DNA of 64,000 bases from an uncultured virus (IMG/VR IMGVR_UViG_3300035682_000022) (Duplodnaviria > Heunggongvirae > Uroviricota > Caudoviricetes): IMG/VR virus record IMGVR_UViG_3300035682_000022, one strand, 5' to 3'. The translations under genes were made by a program, and so were the position numbers. Below, piece by piece: positions 30,928 to 40,457 of this stretch. The number at the start of each line of letters is the position of its first letter. The first letter of the stretch is position 1. The notes beneath the pieces are model-generated. The model made no database searches. It had not been told where the DNA came from and worked only from the letters and a program-made list of their open reading frames with translations.

Positions 30928-31734
30928 ATGAAATCTAAACATGTTGGAATGGGCGTAGTCATATGCGAAGACGTAATTGACGTAGATCAGGACTTTCTTT
31001 TTGAATACATTAATTGGATTCGCAAAAATCAAGAAGACACTTTTACCTATACGGAAGAAGATGGCATAGAGTACGCTATCAATAAAACTGGTTTTAAATT
31101 TAAACTAGAAGACGTTAAGCAAGCACCGCAAAGATTCTTGGACACAAAAGGAAAACAGTTAAATTCTCCTGTTCCTCAAAAGTATATTGACTTTATAGAT
31201 TCACTAGAGAACGCAGTCTATGATGCCCTTGTCGAATACTGCTGCTACTTCCCGGACGCAGGGACAACATCTTGGTGGAGACCAACTGGTCATATAGCTG
31301 GGTATGAGAATGGTCAAAGAATAGGCCAGCATTGCGACGATCAAGTGCCTTACGAATGGGGAAAGCCAACAGGTAATCAAGTCTCGATGCATAACAGTTC
31401 AAGCATAAACTTGTATTTAAATGATTGCGTAGACTCAAAAGATCAAATAAATAGCTTTAATTATACTGGTGGAGAAATCCATTTTCCAAATGTTCCATAT
31501 GTTTGGAAGCCAAAGGCTGGCTCTGTGGCGATATATCCTTCTAGCTATATTGGTAGACATGAAGTTTATCCTGTAGATCTAGGTCAGCGTTATGCATTCT
31601 TAAGTATAGCTTGTTATGGGACTTCTTTTGACAGAGAAGAAGTAGTAGGGCAGGATAATGAACAGAAGCACTGGATGCCTAACTTAATAAAAGATGCGAA
31701 TAATAGAGCTGGCAAAAAGAATTTTTTACTTTAA
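30928..31734 (+). CDS. 2OG-Fe(II) oxygenase (paralogue 4)
   Basis: HCDD...YLND...GGEIHF...HEVYPVDLGQRY. Confidence 0.8.
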   Translation: MKSKHVGMGVVICEDVIDVDQDFLFEYINWIRKNQEDTFTYTEEDGIEYAINKTGFKFKLEDVKQAPQRFLDTKGKQLNSPVPQKYIDFIDSLENAVYDALVEYCCYFPDAGTTSWWRPTGHIAGYENGQRIGQHCDDQVPYEWGKPTGNQVSMHNSSSINLYLNDCVDSKDQINSFNYTGGEIHFPNVPYVWKPKAGSVAIYPSSYIGRHEVYPVDLGQRYAFLSIACYGTSFDREEVVGQDNEQKHWMPNLIKDANNRAGKKNFLL

Positions 31735-31770
31735 ATCGTTACTATAAAAGATGAACACCAAGGGGCGTAA

Positions 31771-32028
31771 ATGAGTCTTTTATACAATCAGTTATTATCA
31801 TATAATGCCCCATCGGTTACATATGGTGGAAGTATAGAGGTTTCTCCTGCTAGTATCCTAAGCTCGATTCAAATAGGCGATTTAAGCATATCTTCTGGAG
31901 CAATAAATAATCAATCTAGTTTGACCACAATAGGAGTCATATCCTATGACCTTGCTCCAAGTGGACAAATTACGATGGAAGTAACATCTTTTGGCGGAAC
32001 AGCTGTATTGAGCTTGCAGCAGATTTAA
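31771..32028 (+). CDS. Small hypothetical protein
   Basis: 85-aa ORF downstream of a TACTAT motif, with AAGGGG RBS. Confidence 0.5.
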   Translation: MSLLYNQLLSYNAPSVTYGGSIEVSPASILSSIQIGDLSISSGAINNQSSLTTIGVISYDLAPSGQITMEVTSFGGTAVLSLQQI

Positions 32029-32087
32029 CTATATATAATATATTATTGCGCTACTATTGTATGTAAAGCTTTATTTTTGGAGATTCT

Positions 32088-33038
32088 ATGACTACTGGAA
32101 ACGTTCTTGTAAACGACACTGTAAGAATTAGGGTTAGATTTATAGATATAGATCCGACCACTGGTGATGAGATTCAAATTTCTCCAACTTTAGTTACGGT
32201 TAACATATTTGATTCTGAAGATGTAATAGTGGAAACTGGTCAAGCTGAAGCCGTAAGTGGATCTACTTCTTCTTATTATTACGATTTCACACCGACAATA
32301 GCAGGTGAATACAGAATAACTTTTGTTGGAACATTTGCTAATTCAACATTTGTAAACGTAAATCAAAACCTATACGTAAGTAGCCAAACGGCAGAATATA
32401 GACCAGTTATAACTTTGTCAGCAGATGAAACTATATCATTTGGAGCAGATATAACACCACTTTATGTAGATCCAGAAATCCTTCAAAGTACATTCCCAGA
32501 TGCAACAAAGCTTGAAATAGCAGAACTAATACATAATTTTTCTCAAGAAATAAATAGCATTATTGGCATAAAGTCTACCACAACAGATCCAGTTGCTGTA
32601 ATGGAGAGCTATGGCGTAGCTCCTTATGCCGTAGTAGAGTACATTAAAGCAGCTACATGCTGTGAGCTTACTAGGGTGTACGGTTTCGGCGGAGATGATG
32701 AGTTAAGTATACAGTTGGCAGATTTGCAGATTACAAACAGAAATACTCCAAGAAGTAATATAACAAGATCTAACGCAACAACTTGGTGCCAAATAGCAGC
32801 TGCTTTAAGAAAAGAACTTTTGTCAAAGAGAACTGGCATAAGAGGCGTACAGCCAAAGGGAACGCCCCGAAGAGTTACTACCCCATCTGGAGCATCATTG
32901 GATCTGCAAACCGGGGCACTTATATACATCAATGATACTAACGTATACGGCCCAAGGGATCTGTTCAGACAAGGTACTAGCGCTCAATCTGGCGTAGATG
33001 ACCCCATGCCAAGCAGGGGCATAAAGAGATATGATTAA
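32088..33038 (+). CDS. Putative neck/head-tail adaptor with Ig-like N-terminus
   Basis: 316 aa; YYYDFTPTIAGEYRITF beta-sandwich motif; lies before the tail genes. Confidence 0.5.
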   Translation: MTTGNVLVNDTVRIRVRFIDIDPTTGDEIQISPTLVTVNIFDSEDVIVETGQAEAVSGSTSSYYYDFTPTIAGEYRITFVGTFANSTFVNVNQNLYVSSQTAEYRPVITLSADETISFGADITPLYVDPEILQSTFPDATKLEIAELIHNFSQEINSIIGIKSTTTDPVAVMESYGVAPYAVVEYIKAATCCELTRVYGFGGDDELSIQLADLQITNRNTPRSNITRSNATTWCQIAAALRKELLSKRTGIRGVQPKGTPRRVTTPSGASLDLQTGALIYINDTNVYGPRDLFRQGTSAQSGVDDPMPSRGIKRYD

Positions 33039-33411
33039 TGCTAAAAATATTATTAAAAAGATATTAAGAGAATGGGGTCATGATATACTTTATCAAAGAA
33101 GAATATCTGACGATTTTACATACTCAGAAGTTTTAGAAAGAATAACCACAAGAAGCCAATTAGCTAAATCATCTAGAATTTCAACAACTTTAGAAGAAGA
33201 AACAGAAGGTTATTTTGTTAATTCTGATTTAGTATATTACTTTGAATCTTCGGTCAATCCTCAATCTGGGGATAGAATATATGAAGAGTCTTTTATAAAT
33301 TTAGATGAAACAATAATTTACAGAATAGACGCTGCGTACGGTGTTAGAGGACGTTTTGGCGAAATAAATTATTGGATAGTTGGAGCAACAAAGGAAACGC
33401 CAGCAGGATAA
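33031..33411 (+). CDS. Putative head-closure/stopper protein
   Basis: 126 aa; size, synteny and YFESSVNPQSGDRIYE pattern. Confidence 0.5.
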   Translation: MINAKNIIKKILREWGHDILYQRRISDDFTYSEVLERITTRSQLAKSSRISTTLEEETEGYFVNSDLVYYFESSVNPQSGDRIYEESFINLDETIIYRIDAAYGVRGRFGEINYWIVGATKETPAG

Positions 33412-33412
33412 T

Positions 33413-35021
33413 ATGTTACTAGTAAGTCCAGGAACAGTAGTAGAGATTCCATTCGTGTACAGATCTGGGTATACCTACGTCGATCCAGATGTCAGTATAA
33501 CAGTTCTTTTAAAGAGACGGATTTAATAGTGCAGGCCCGGTTATATCTGGTCCATATGTTTGGACTCCAGACTCAGGCAATTGGGCAACCTACCCTGGTT
33601 ATATAGCAGATTTTAGCGATCCAAATATAACCACTGTTGGCCTTAAAAGGGAGTCGCAAGGTTCTTTTATTGTTAAGCTAAAGATGCCAGAAAATCTTTT
33701 TGATGGAATGTACACAGTTCAAATAAATGCTGTGATAGATGGATTATTGGTATCAAAAGAAATAAATTTGCAATCATCTGATGGATACCAGTCGTATGAA
33801 GATTCTTTTGATTTAGGTTCAAAATCTATAAAAATAGGTAATAGATCTCTGTATCAAAATATTGGAGATTCAACAACTCAGAATATAATACTAATAGGCC
33901 ACACAGATGCCATGGAGCCTTACGGAGTAGTAAAATTAAAATCTATTCAAGATGGAATAAATATACTAAGAGGTGACACAAAGTCTCCATTACTCAGGGG
34001 AATGTTTGATGCTTACGCGTGCGGGGCCAGAGATATATATATAATGTCCTGCGGGTACATGAGTGAATATGTAGAAGAAGTCAGTGATAGAAATATAGAA
34101 ATATTTTTTGACAACAATTCAACACCAAATCAATATTCTTTTTACGATCTATATTATTTAAGACTGAATGAATGTTATACATTGTTGAGAGATTATGAAT
34201 TTTTAAACATAATAGTTCCACTAGAAACTTCAATAATTAATACTGGACTTAATAATTTTGTTGAGCAACTTGCAACCCACTGTGAATTTATGCAAACTGA
34301 AACAGGCGAAGTGCAGTTTGGAATAATAGGATCTAAAAATAATGGATTATCAGTATCAGACATTGACCTATTGGAAGAAAAAGATTTTAATTTAGATCCA
34401 GTTATAACCGCTGAAGGTTATGTTATTTCTGATAAGGGTAGACATGTAATCTTGATTTATGGTGAAATAATTCTAAGCCATAAACAACTACAGGTAAGTT
34501 ATTCTAGTTCAACCGCTGCTGCAGTAGCTGGAATGATATCATCTACTAGAATTGATAGAGGGTTAACTAAAGCTAGAATACCAGCGGCTTTTTCAATTTA
34601 TGGAGCAGATTTAAACGCCGCACAAGTAAAAAGACTTCAAGACATAGGAATTAACACTATAGTTAGAGGGCAAAGATCTAGGAGAGCAGCAATCTTTGAT
34701 ATATCATTAAGTAGCGATTACACTAAATCTATCAGTGAGTCATACAAGGATTGCAGTAATGTTAGATTAGTTTCTTTAGTTATTAGAGAAATTCAATCTT
34801 TAGGAAATCTTGCTGTTGGAAAATTTGGATACGAAAAAGTTATATCCTATGTAGAAGAATTTTTATCAGCATTACAAAGTTCTAAAGTGATAGTAGATTA
34901 CTCAATGAACGCATCCGTAAATAAACCAGATAAGGGTACTCTTTATTTTAATATATCGATTACATCTTCTAGAACTTTAAGACAGATTTCTTTTAATGTT
35001 GCTACAGGGAAGGGCGCATAA
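33413..35021 (+). CDS. Tail sheath-like protein; +1 frameshift at CGG 33518
   Basis: ATG 33413 (AGGA RBS) reads ...VLLKR-CGG-ATT-TAA; the +1 frame from GGA 33519 is open into ORF 33684..35021. The C-terminus resembles the sheath at 35842. Joined length 535 aa. Confidence 0.7.
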
Positions 35022-35758
35022 TGACACAGAATGCTATAGGATTCCCATCAGGAAATAGAAACGATGTTAGTTTTGATAGAACATTTGGAGAGCCACTTCA
35101 GGCAAGTGGAAATCTTAGTTACTTAGAATTTATAGCAGTAGTTAAATCTTTGTGGGAAAACGCTTATCCAGATATTAAAATAAAACCAACACAAAGCGGA
35201 ACGTATGCTGACTATCCGGTAATAGTATATGGATTGGAATTAAGAAAAGCTCACACCAGTGAGCCAAAGCCAAGAACTAGAACTACACAAACAAATAAAG
35301 ATGTAGTTGTCTTTGGTCAAAGGTTCCAAAACATAGTTAGCTTTACTGTTATTACAGAAGCAAGTGCAGGAGCAGCACAGGGGTCTGCAGCAAGATATTC
35401 TGGTCCAGAGGTAGCGGACAATATTATAGAAATATTTGAAGACTTTATGTTAGAACATACTCCTGTATTTAAAAGGTTAGGAGCTTCAGAATTCGTCTAC
35501 TCAAGAAGGCTTTCCGACTCTGAAGAAAATAGAGACAGTACTGACACTAATAAAAGAACTGTTACCTATATGTTGACGACTGAAAAACTGTTTGCTCAAA
35601 ATGTTAACCAAATTGAGAATATCGTTTTAGACGTTAGAAGATACATGGCCTATGAGAAGTCTATATGGGACACCGCCGAAGCGCAGGCTACTCCTAATTT
35701 CACTGGAACAGAGCTAAACATAATAGACTTATATCAAAGTTCTACCCCCAACACTTAA
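35021..35758 (+). CDS. Putative tail completion/terminator protein
   Basis: 245 aa immediately upstream of the main sheath gene; call is by synteny. Confidence 0.45.
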   Translation: MTQNAIGFPSGNRNDVSFDRTFGEPLQASGNLSYLEFIAVVKSLWENAYPDIKIKPTQSGTYADYPVIVYGLELRKAHTSEPKPRTRTTQTNKDVVVFGQRFQNIVSFTVITEASAGAAQGSAARYSGPEVADNIIEIFEDFMLEHTPVFKRLGASEFVYSRRLSDSEENRDSTDTNKRTVTYMLTTEKLFAQNVNQIENIVLDVRRYMAYEKSIWDTAEAQATPNFTGTELNIIDLYQSSTPNT

Positions 35759-35841
35759 TGTAGTTTGTTTTTATATCTTACCTATTACTATATTGTCTGA
35801 AGTAATATATTTATCTGCCCTAATCGGAGGTCTAAAGTCTA

Positions 35842-37113
35842 ATGGCTCTACCAGGTGTAAAAACAGTAATTAAAGATCGCTTTTATAGCATCTCAAGACA
35901 GGATATTCCTGTCGGACCAAAAATTTGTCTCATTGCTCGCAGATCTACTGCTGACAATTTTGGCAATGTAAGGGACTTAGACGTTGTTCAGGCAACAACG
36001 GAACAAGACGTCATAACTGCGTTTGGAGAAAATTCAGACGCACACAGAGGCTATTTCGAGCTTGTAGCAGGAGGTGCTGAAAGAGTTTTCATCGTACCAC
36101 TTCCTAGCGATACAGCATGGAACTACACCACCGGTGCAGTTACCAGTGCGTCCTTTGGTGGAAGCGTTTTTGATGCTTGTTTCGAAGCAGCAGAAGCAGT
36201 TCAGCCAGACATCATCATACCTTGGGGTAGAGGTGGACACCCATATGACTACGATCAAGAGGGTGCTACTCCTAATGCTGGCACAACGGGACCAGCTTTT
36301 GGTTTTTATGCAGACAGTGCTGCAGGCGCAAATAGCCTTGTTGCCAAAGTTGGCGCAAAGGTAAAAGACATTGCAGAGAATTCTTTTCCATGCTTTGCAG
36401 TTATGGGAATTAAGCCTTACATAGGTGGCGTATCAGAAATTATGACACCAGGTGAAGTATCAACTCACATTGGTAGCGCAGGACTAACCACTCTCGTTTC
36501 AAGAGACGATGCAACCTTTTCTGCTGGTTCAGCTAACGATGGCGTTAACAGATATGTAGTAGTTATAGCTTCAGAGCTTAAGCCAGTAAACTATGTAGCT
36601 GAATGGGGTTTCGCCAATGGTGCAACAACTTTTGCTGCTGCAATTAGCAGAATGGCTTCTTTTAGCTCACCAGTTAATAAGATAGCTTACAACGTTGCAT
36701 CTATCAGATATAATCCAACTAGAACACAGCAAATAACAATGTCAGACAAGGGCGTTAACTTTATCGCTCTTAACTTTAACAAAGTGCCAGTCTTCATTGA
36801 AGGTAGCACATTCGCTATGTCAACATCGGATTATACAAGAATTTCTACATATAGAATCATCTCAGAAGCAGCCACTTTAATAAGACAAGTGTGCCAGAAG
36901 TTTATTGGTGAAGCATCAACCCTTCAGACAAGAAACTCTATGGAAACGGCTATCACTTCTGCACTAAGAGGGATGCAACAAATGGGTGCCTTGTTGGACA
37001 GTGACTTCAGCGTAAGTTACTTGCCAGCACAAAATAAGGCGTTTGTTGACCTCGTATTAACACCAGCATTTGAACTCAAGAACATTGAAGTTCAAGTATC
37101 TATAAGCATATAA
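35842..37113 (+). CDS. Contractile tail sheath protein
   Basis: MALPGV start; C-terminal YTRISTYRII...KFIGE...VDLVLTPAFELKNIEVQV sheath domain; GGAGG RBS. Confidence 0.8.
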   Translation: MALPGVKTVIKDRFYSISRQDIPVGPKICLIARRSTADNFGNVRDLDVVQATTEQDVITAFGENSDAHRGYFELVAGGAERVFIVPLPSDTAWNYTTGAVTSASFGGSVFDACFEAAEAVQPDIIIPWGRGGHPYDYDQEGATPNAGTTGPAFGFYADSAAGANSLVAKVGAKVKDIAENSFPCFAVMGIKPYIGGVSEIMTPGEVSTHIGSAGLTTLVSRDDATFSAGSANDGVNRYVVVIASELKPVNYVAEWGFANGATTFAAAISRMASFSSPVNKIAYNVASIRYNPTRTQQITMSDKGVNFIALNFNKVPVFIEGSTFAMSTSDYTRISTYRIISEAATLIRQVCQKFIGEASTLQTRNSMETAITSALRGMQQMGALLDSDFSVSYLPAQNKAFVDLVLTPAFELKNIEVQVSISI

Positions 37114-37140
37114 CATAATACCGATTTGGAGGGTATATAA

Positions 37141-37845
37141 ATGGCAGAATATGAAGGTCCAGTAGCTAAGTATCTTAATACTTATACTACATTTTCCGGA
37201 GCAGATATCGTAGCTACTTTTGGTGGCATTGAAATCGGAGCTCTATCTGGAATCACTTTCTCAGTTACGAGAGAAAAAGCACCAATTTACACAATGGGTT
37301 CACCAAACCCACGTTCCTTCTCAAGAGGAAAAAGAGGTATCGCAGGCTCTTTGATCTTCACCGTATTTGACAGACCAGCTCTGTACCAAATGCTTGAAGC
37401 TAATTATCAGACAGACGGCGGAGGGGCACAATTCTTCACCAGAAAGAGCAATACCCTTCCAGGTGATGCAGGACACAAGAGAGGTATAGCAGAGTTTGAC
37501 AAGCAGTCACTCGACGTAGTCAGTCAGATTCCTTACTATGCTGACCAGATTCCTCCATTCGATATTACAATTACCTTTGCCAACGAATATGGCCAAGGTG
37601 CAGTAAGATCAATCTTTGGTGTTGAACTTCTAAACGAAGGTTCTGGAGCTTCTATGGACGACATTGTTATCGAAGAAACGATGACTTATGTAGCCCGTGA
37701 AATTGGACCTATGTACAAGATTTCAAACTCACAACTTACTGGCGGTCTCTTTAATGGTGAAAACAGCCTCAAAAATATTATTAATGAAGATGTACCAGGA
37801 ACAGCTGGTCTCAACAAAAACGGCGTTAAGATCATTAGACCTTAA
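37141..37845 (+). CDS. Tail tube protein
   Basis: Follows the sheath; FSGADI...ITFSVTREKAPIYTMG...RGKRGIAGSLIFTVF; GGAGG RBS and downstream terminator. Confidence 0.7.
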   Translation: MAEYEGPVAKYLNTYTTFSGADIVATFGGIEIGALSGITFSVTREKAPIYTMGSPNPRSFSRGKRGIAGSLIFTVFDRPALYQMLEANYQTDGGGAQFFTRKSNTLPGDAGHKRGIAEFDKQSLDVVSQIPYYADQIPPFDITITFANEYGQGAVRSIFGVELLNEGSGASMDDIVIEETMTYVAREIGPMYKISNSQLTGGLFNGENSLKNIINEDVPGTAGLNKNGVKIIRP

Positions 37846-37867
37846 TAGTTTCAAAAACTAATTATAT

Positions 37868-37907
37868 ATATGGGGACTGGATTAAACTCTGGTCCCCATA
37901 TTTATTT
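37868..37907 (+). terminator. Intrinsic terminator after the tail tube gene
   Basis: ATATGGGGACTGGA / TCTGGTCCCCATAT stem followed by TTATTT. Confidence 0.75.
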
Positions 37908-37922
37908 ATAAAGGAATAATCA

Positions 37923-38639
37923 ATGACTGGTGTATGGAAATACGATCAACAATCCATAAGTAAACATAGACAGGAACAAGGTCTTCCAGACCCATTTTCA
38001 AATATGTCTTTTGCTGGAACAGATATATCAGCAGCGATGGTGATTCCAGCTATAAATAGAGAAACTGGAACAATAGAAGGTACTGATATTCTGGAGCTGG
38101 GAGAGCTACAAACAATATCATACTCAATTCATAGAGAAAACTCTCCAGTAAGAACTATAGGCCATGTTAATCCAAGAGGATTTGTAAAAGGTGGCAGAAC
38201 TATAGCTGGTTCTTTAATCTTCACCGTGTTCAACGAGTATGCCTTTTATAGAATTAAAGAGTTTCGTCAGATGATGGGTGAAACTGGACTTTTTTTTGCT
38301 CCACTAGCTGACATGCTTCCTCCATTTGATGTGGTATTATCATTCTTCAACGAATATGGTTTAGCAGCTAAAATGAAGATATATGGCATTACTATAGTAG
38401 ACGAAGGTCAGACAATGTCTGTCGACGACCTTATAACAGAGCAAACATACACATATATGGCTAGAGGTATTCAGCCCTTAATGAGCGTAGAGAATGATCC
38501 ATTGCTGCTACCAAACGATCAAAGAGACCTCTATCAACAAAGACAAGAGAACTTTTTTGGTGCAGCAAATCTCAAATCTTACACTCAGTTAATTGAAAGA
38601 ATTGTTCCACCAGGTGGACCTTCTGCAAATTCTAGATAA
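37923..38639 (+). CDS. Tail tube paralogue
   Basis: Shares SFAGTDI, RTIAGSLIFTVF, PPFD...F.NEYG and TY.AR with 37141. Confidence 0.7.
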   Translation: MTGVWKYDQQSISKHRQEQGLPDPFSNMSFAGTDISAAMVIPAINRETGTIEGTDILELGELQTISYSIHRENSPVRTIGHVNPRGFVKGGRTIAGSLIFTVFNEYAFYRIKEFRQMMGETGLFFAPLADMLPPFDVVLSFFNEYGLAAKMKIYGITIVDEGQTMSVDDLITEQTYTYMARGIQPLMSVENDPLLLPNDQRDLYQQRQENFFGAANLKSYTQLIERIVPPGGPSANSR

Positions 38640-38650
38640 AGGAAATTAAA

Positions 38651-39838
38651 TTGATTGGTGACGCTACATCCGGTGGAGCTTCTGACTATGAACTAAGAGT
38701 AGGGCAAAGGCCCTATAGACCTTTTAGTACATATCTGCCAGCAGACTTGCAAGAAAAGTTGCATGGAAAAGGCGGAAGCCTTCCTCCAACTACAATTAGA
38801 ACTGGACCATCCTATGATCCATTAAGTGCAAACATAGACACTCAATGGGCTGGTAAATCAACCGATGGGCAAAAGTTTAATAGCTATTATGATTATTACT
38901 TCAGTGGCGAAGATGTAAAAGTGTACATAGATGGGTTATTTGATCCAGAACATGAACTTGATATTGCATCTTTTTCTTTTGTTATTAAGCAAGAAAAACA
39001 ACCTCTATACGGTTTTTGGTCTTACAACTACGATGCCATGATGGTAGGCACTAGATTAATTTCTGGAGAGATGGTTGTATACACCAGATATCCAGGAAGA
39101 ATGAGAGACCTTCTTACCTCTGCAGCAGAACAAAGAGTCTTGTTTAACAGCGACAAACCGGGAGCATCTAGAATCCAATCTTATCTAACTGGAAATAATG
39201 AGCAATCTTTAGACGATGAAAAGAATCTTCAAAGGTATTGGAAAAGATCAAATTTAGATAGACTTACGGCAGATAATGATAAAACTGACAATAGAAACAT
39301 ATTTAGTTCTCATCCACCTTTTAACTTTATAGTTAAATACGGAACACAAGAAGGCTCAGTCAGTACAGTGGGTAGAAATTTAGGAACTGATTCTGGCGAT
39401 AATCTTGAGACACTAGATAGGTTGATGGCTACTGATTACAATGAAAGATTAGTAAAGTCATCTAAAGCGAACACTGGAATGGATATAGTTCTACAGGACG
39501 TTCACCTAACAAGTATGGGTACATCAATTGCACCTGGCGGTCAAGTGATGATTGAGAGTTATCAATTTATATCTAGAGATATGTACATTTCAAATGGCAA
39601 CATTAGAAATACTCAGAAGTCTGTACTTTCAACCGTTGATTCTACAGGAGTTCAACAGACTCCAACAAACAAAATCCAACCACCGTTAATACCTGGAAAA
39701 ATCAAACAATTAAAAGATCTTCTTGAAGAGTCAATAAATGATGGCGGTGGCTTAGATTCTTTTAATGGCAGTGGTGGAGGTTTTTCTGGTGGAGGTGGCG
39801 GAGACTTCTCCGGCGGAGGAGCTGGCGGATCTTTCTAA
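38651..39838 (+). CDS. Tube-fold baseplate-proximal protein with Gly-rich tail
   Basis: FSGEDVKVYI...IKQEKQPLYGFWS...GTRLISGEM parallels the tube motifs. Confidence 0.55.
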   Translation: MIGDATSGGASDYELRVGQRPYRPFSTYLPADLQEKLHGKGGSLPPTTIRTGPSYDPLSANIDTQWAGKSTDGQKFNSYYDYYFSGEDVKVYIDGLFDPEHELDIASFSFVIKQEKQPLYGFWSYNYDAMMVGTRLISGEMVVYTRYPGRMRDLLTSAAEQRVLFNSDKPGASRIQSYLTGNNEQSLDDEKNLQRYWKRSNLDRLTADNDKTDNRNIFSSHPPFNFIVKYGTQEGSVSTVGRNLGTDSGDNLETLDRLMATDYNERLVKSSKANTGMDIVLQDVHLTSMGTSIAPGGQVMIESYQFISRDMYISNGNIRNTQKSVLSTVDSTGVQQTPTNKIQPPLIPGKIKQLKDLLEESINDGGGLDSFNGSGGGFSGGGGGDFSGGGAGGSF

Positions 39839-39872
39839 ATATCTAATAAACTAGGTTGATGTATAATTTTTA

Positions 39873-39881
39873 TGTTATAAT
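39873..39881 (+). promoter_or_regulatory. Extended -10 promoter (TGTTATAAT)
   Basis: Consensus TGnTATAAT upstream of the AGGAG RBS and ATG 39921. Confidence 0.55.
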
Positions 39882-39920
39882 GTAGATAGAAAAATCTTTA
39901 ATTTAAATTAGGAGAGAAAA

Positions 39921-40454
39921 ATGGCCGAAGGCAGAAAAGTAATCGTGAAAAATTCTGAAGAACTTGCAAAAGAAAACGGTGCTGACGAAGCGTACACTGC
40001 AGAAGAAGTAACAGGAAGTGAAGAAGAACTTACTGAGATGCAGGCAGCTGCAGATTTTGTTAACGAAAACCCAACTACGGTAGAAGATCTTGCTGATGAT
40101 GAATTAATCTGGCCAGATGGACCAAATGCTGGCCAAATCAAAATGTGGAAAAAAGAATATGGAGATGTTTATGTAACCTCTATTACCTTTGATAAGCACA
40201 TTGCTTGGAGAACTCTTTCTAGACTAGAATACAAGAGCCTGGTAAGAAAGATGGAGCAGCTAATGGAGGCAGGACAACTTTCTTCTGGAGAAGCAAATCT
40301 TTGGAACGAAGAAGCTATTGCAGAGGTCTGCATACTCTTCCCACAGTACGATAGACAATCCATAACTGCAGACCTTGCTGGATTGCCATCATTGATCGCT
40401 CAAGAGGTGCTAGAGGCATCTGGATTCGTAGCCCTAGAGGTTCGACAGCTTTAA
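39921..40454 (+). CDS. Putative tail assembly chaperone
   Basis: Acidic 177 aa between tube genes and the giant gene; WKKEYGDVY...WRTLSRLEY...EVLEASGF. Confidence 0.55.
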   Translation: MAEGRKVIVKNSEELAKENGADEAYTAEEVTGSEEELTEMQAAADFVNENPTTVEDLADDELIWPDGPNAGQIKMWKKEYGDVYVTSITFDKHIAWRTLSRLEYKSLVRKMEQLMEAGQLSSGEANLWNEEAIAEVCILFPQYDRQSITADLAGLPSLIAQEVLEASGFVALEVRQL

Positions 40455-40457
40455 CAA

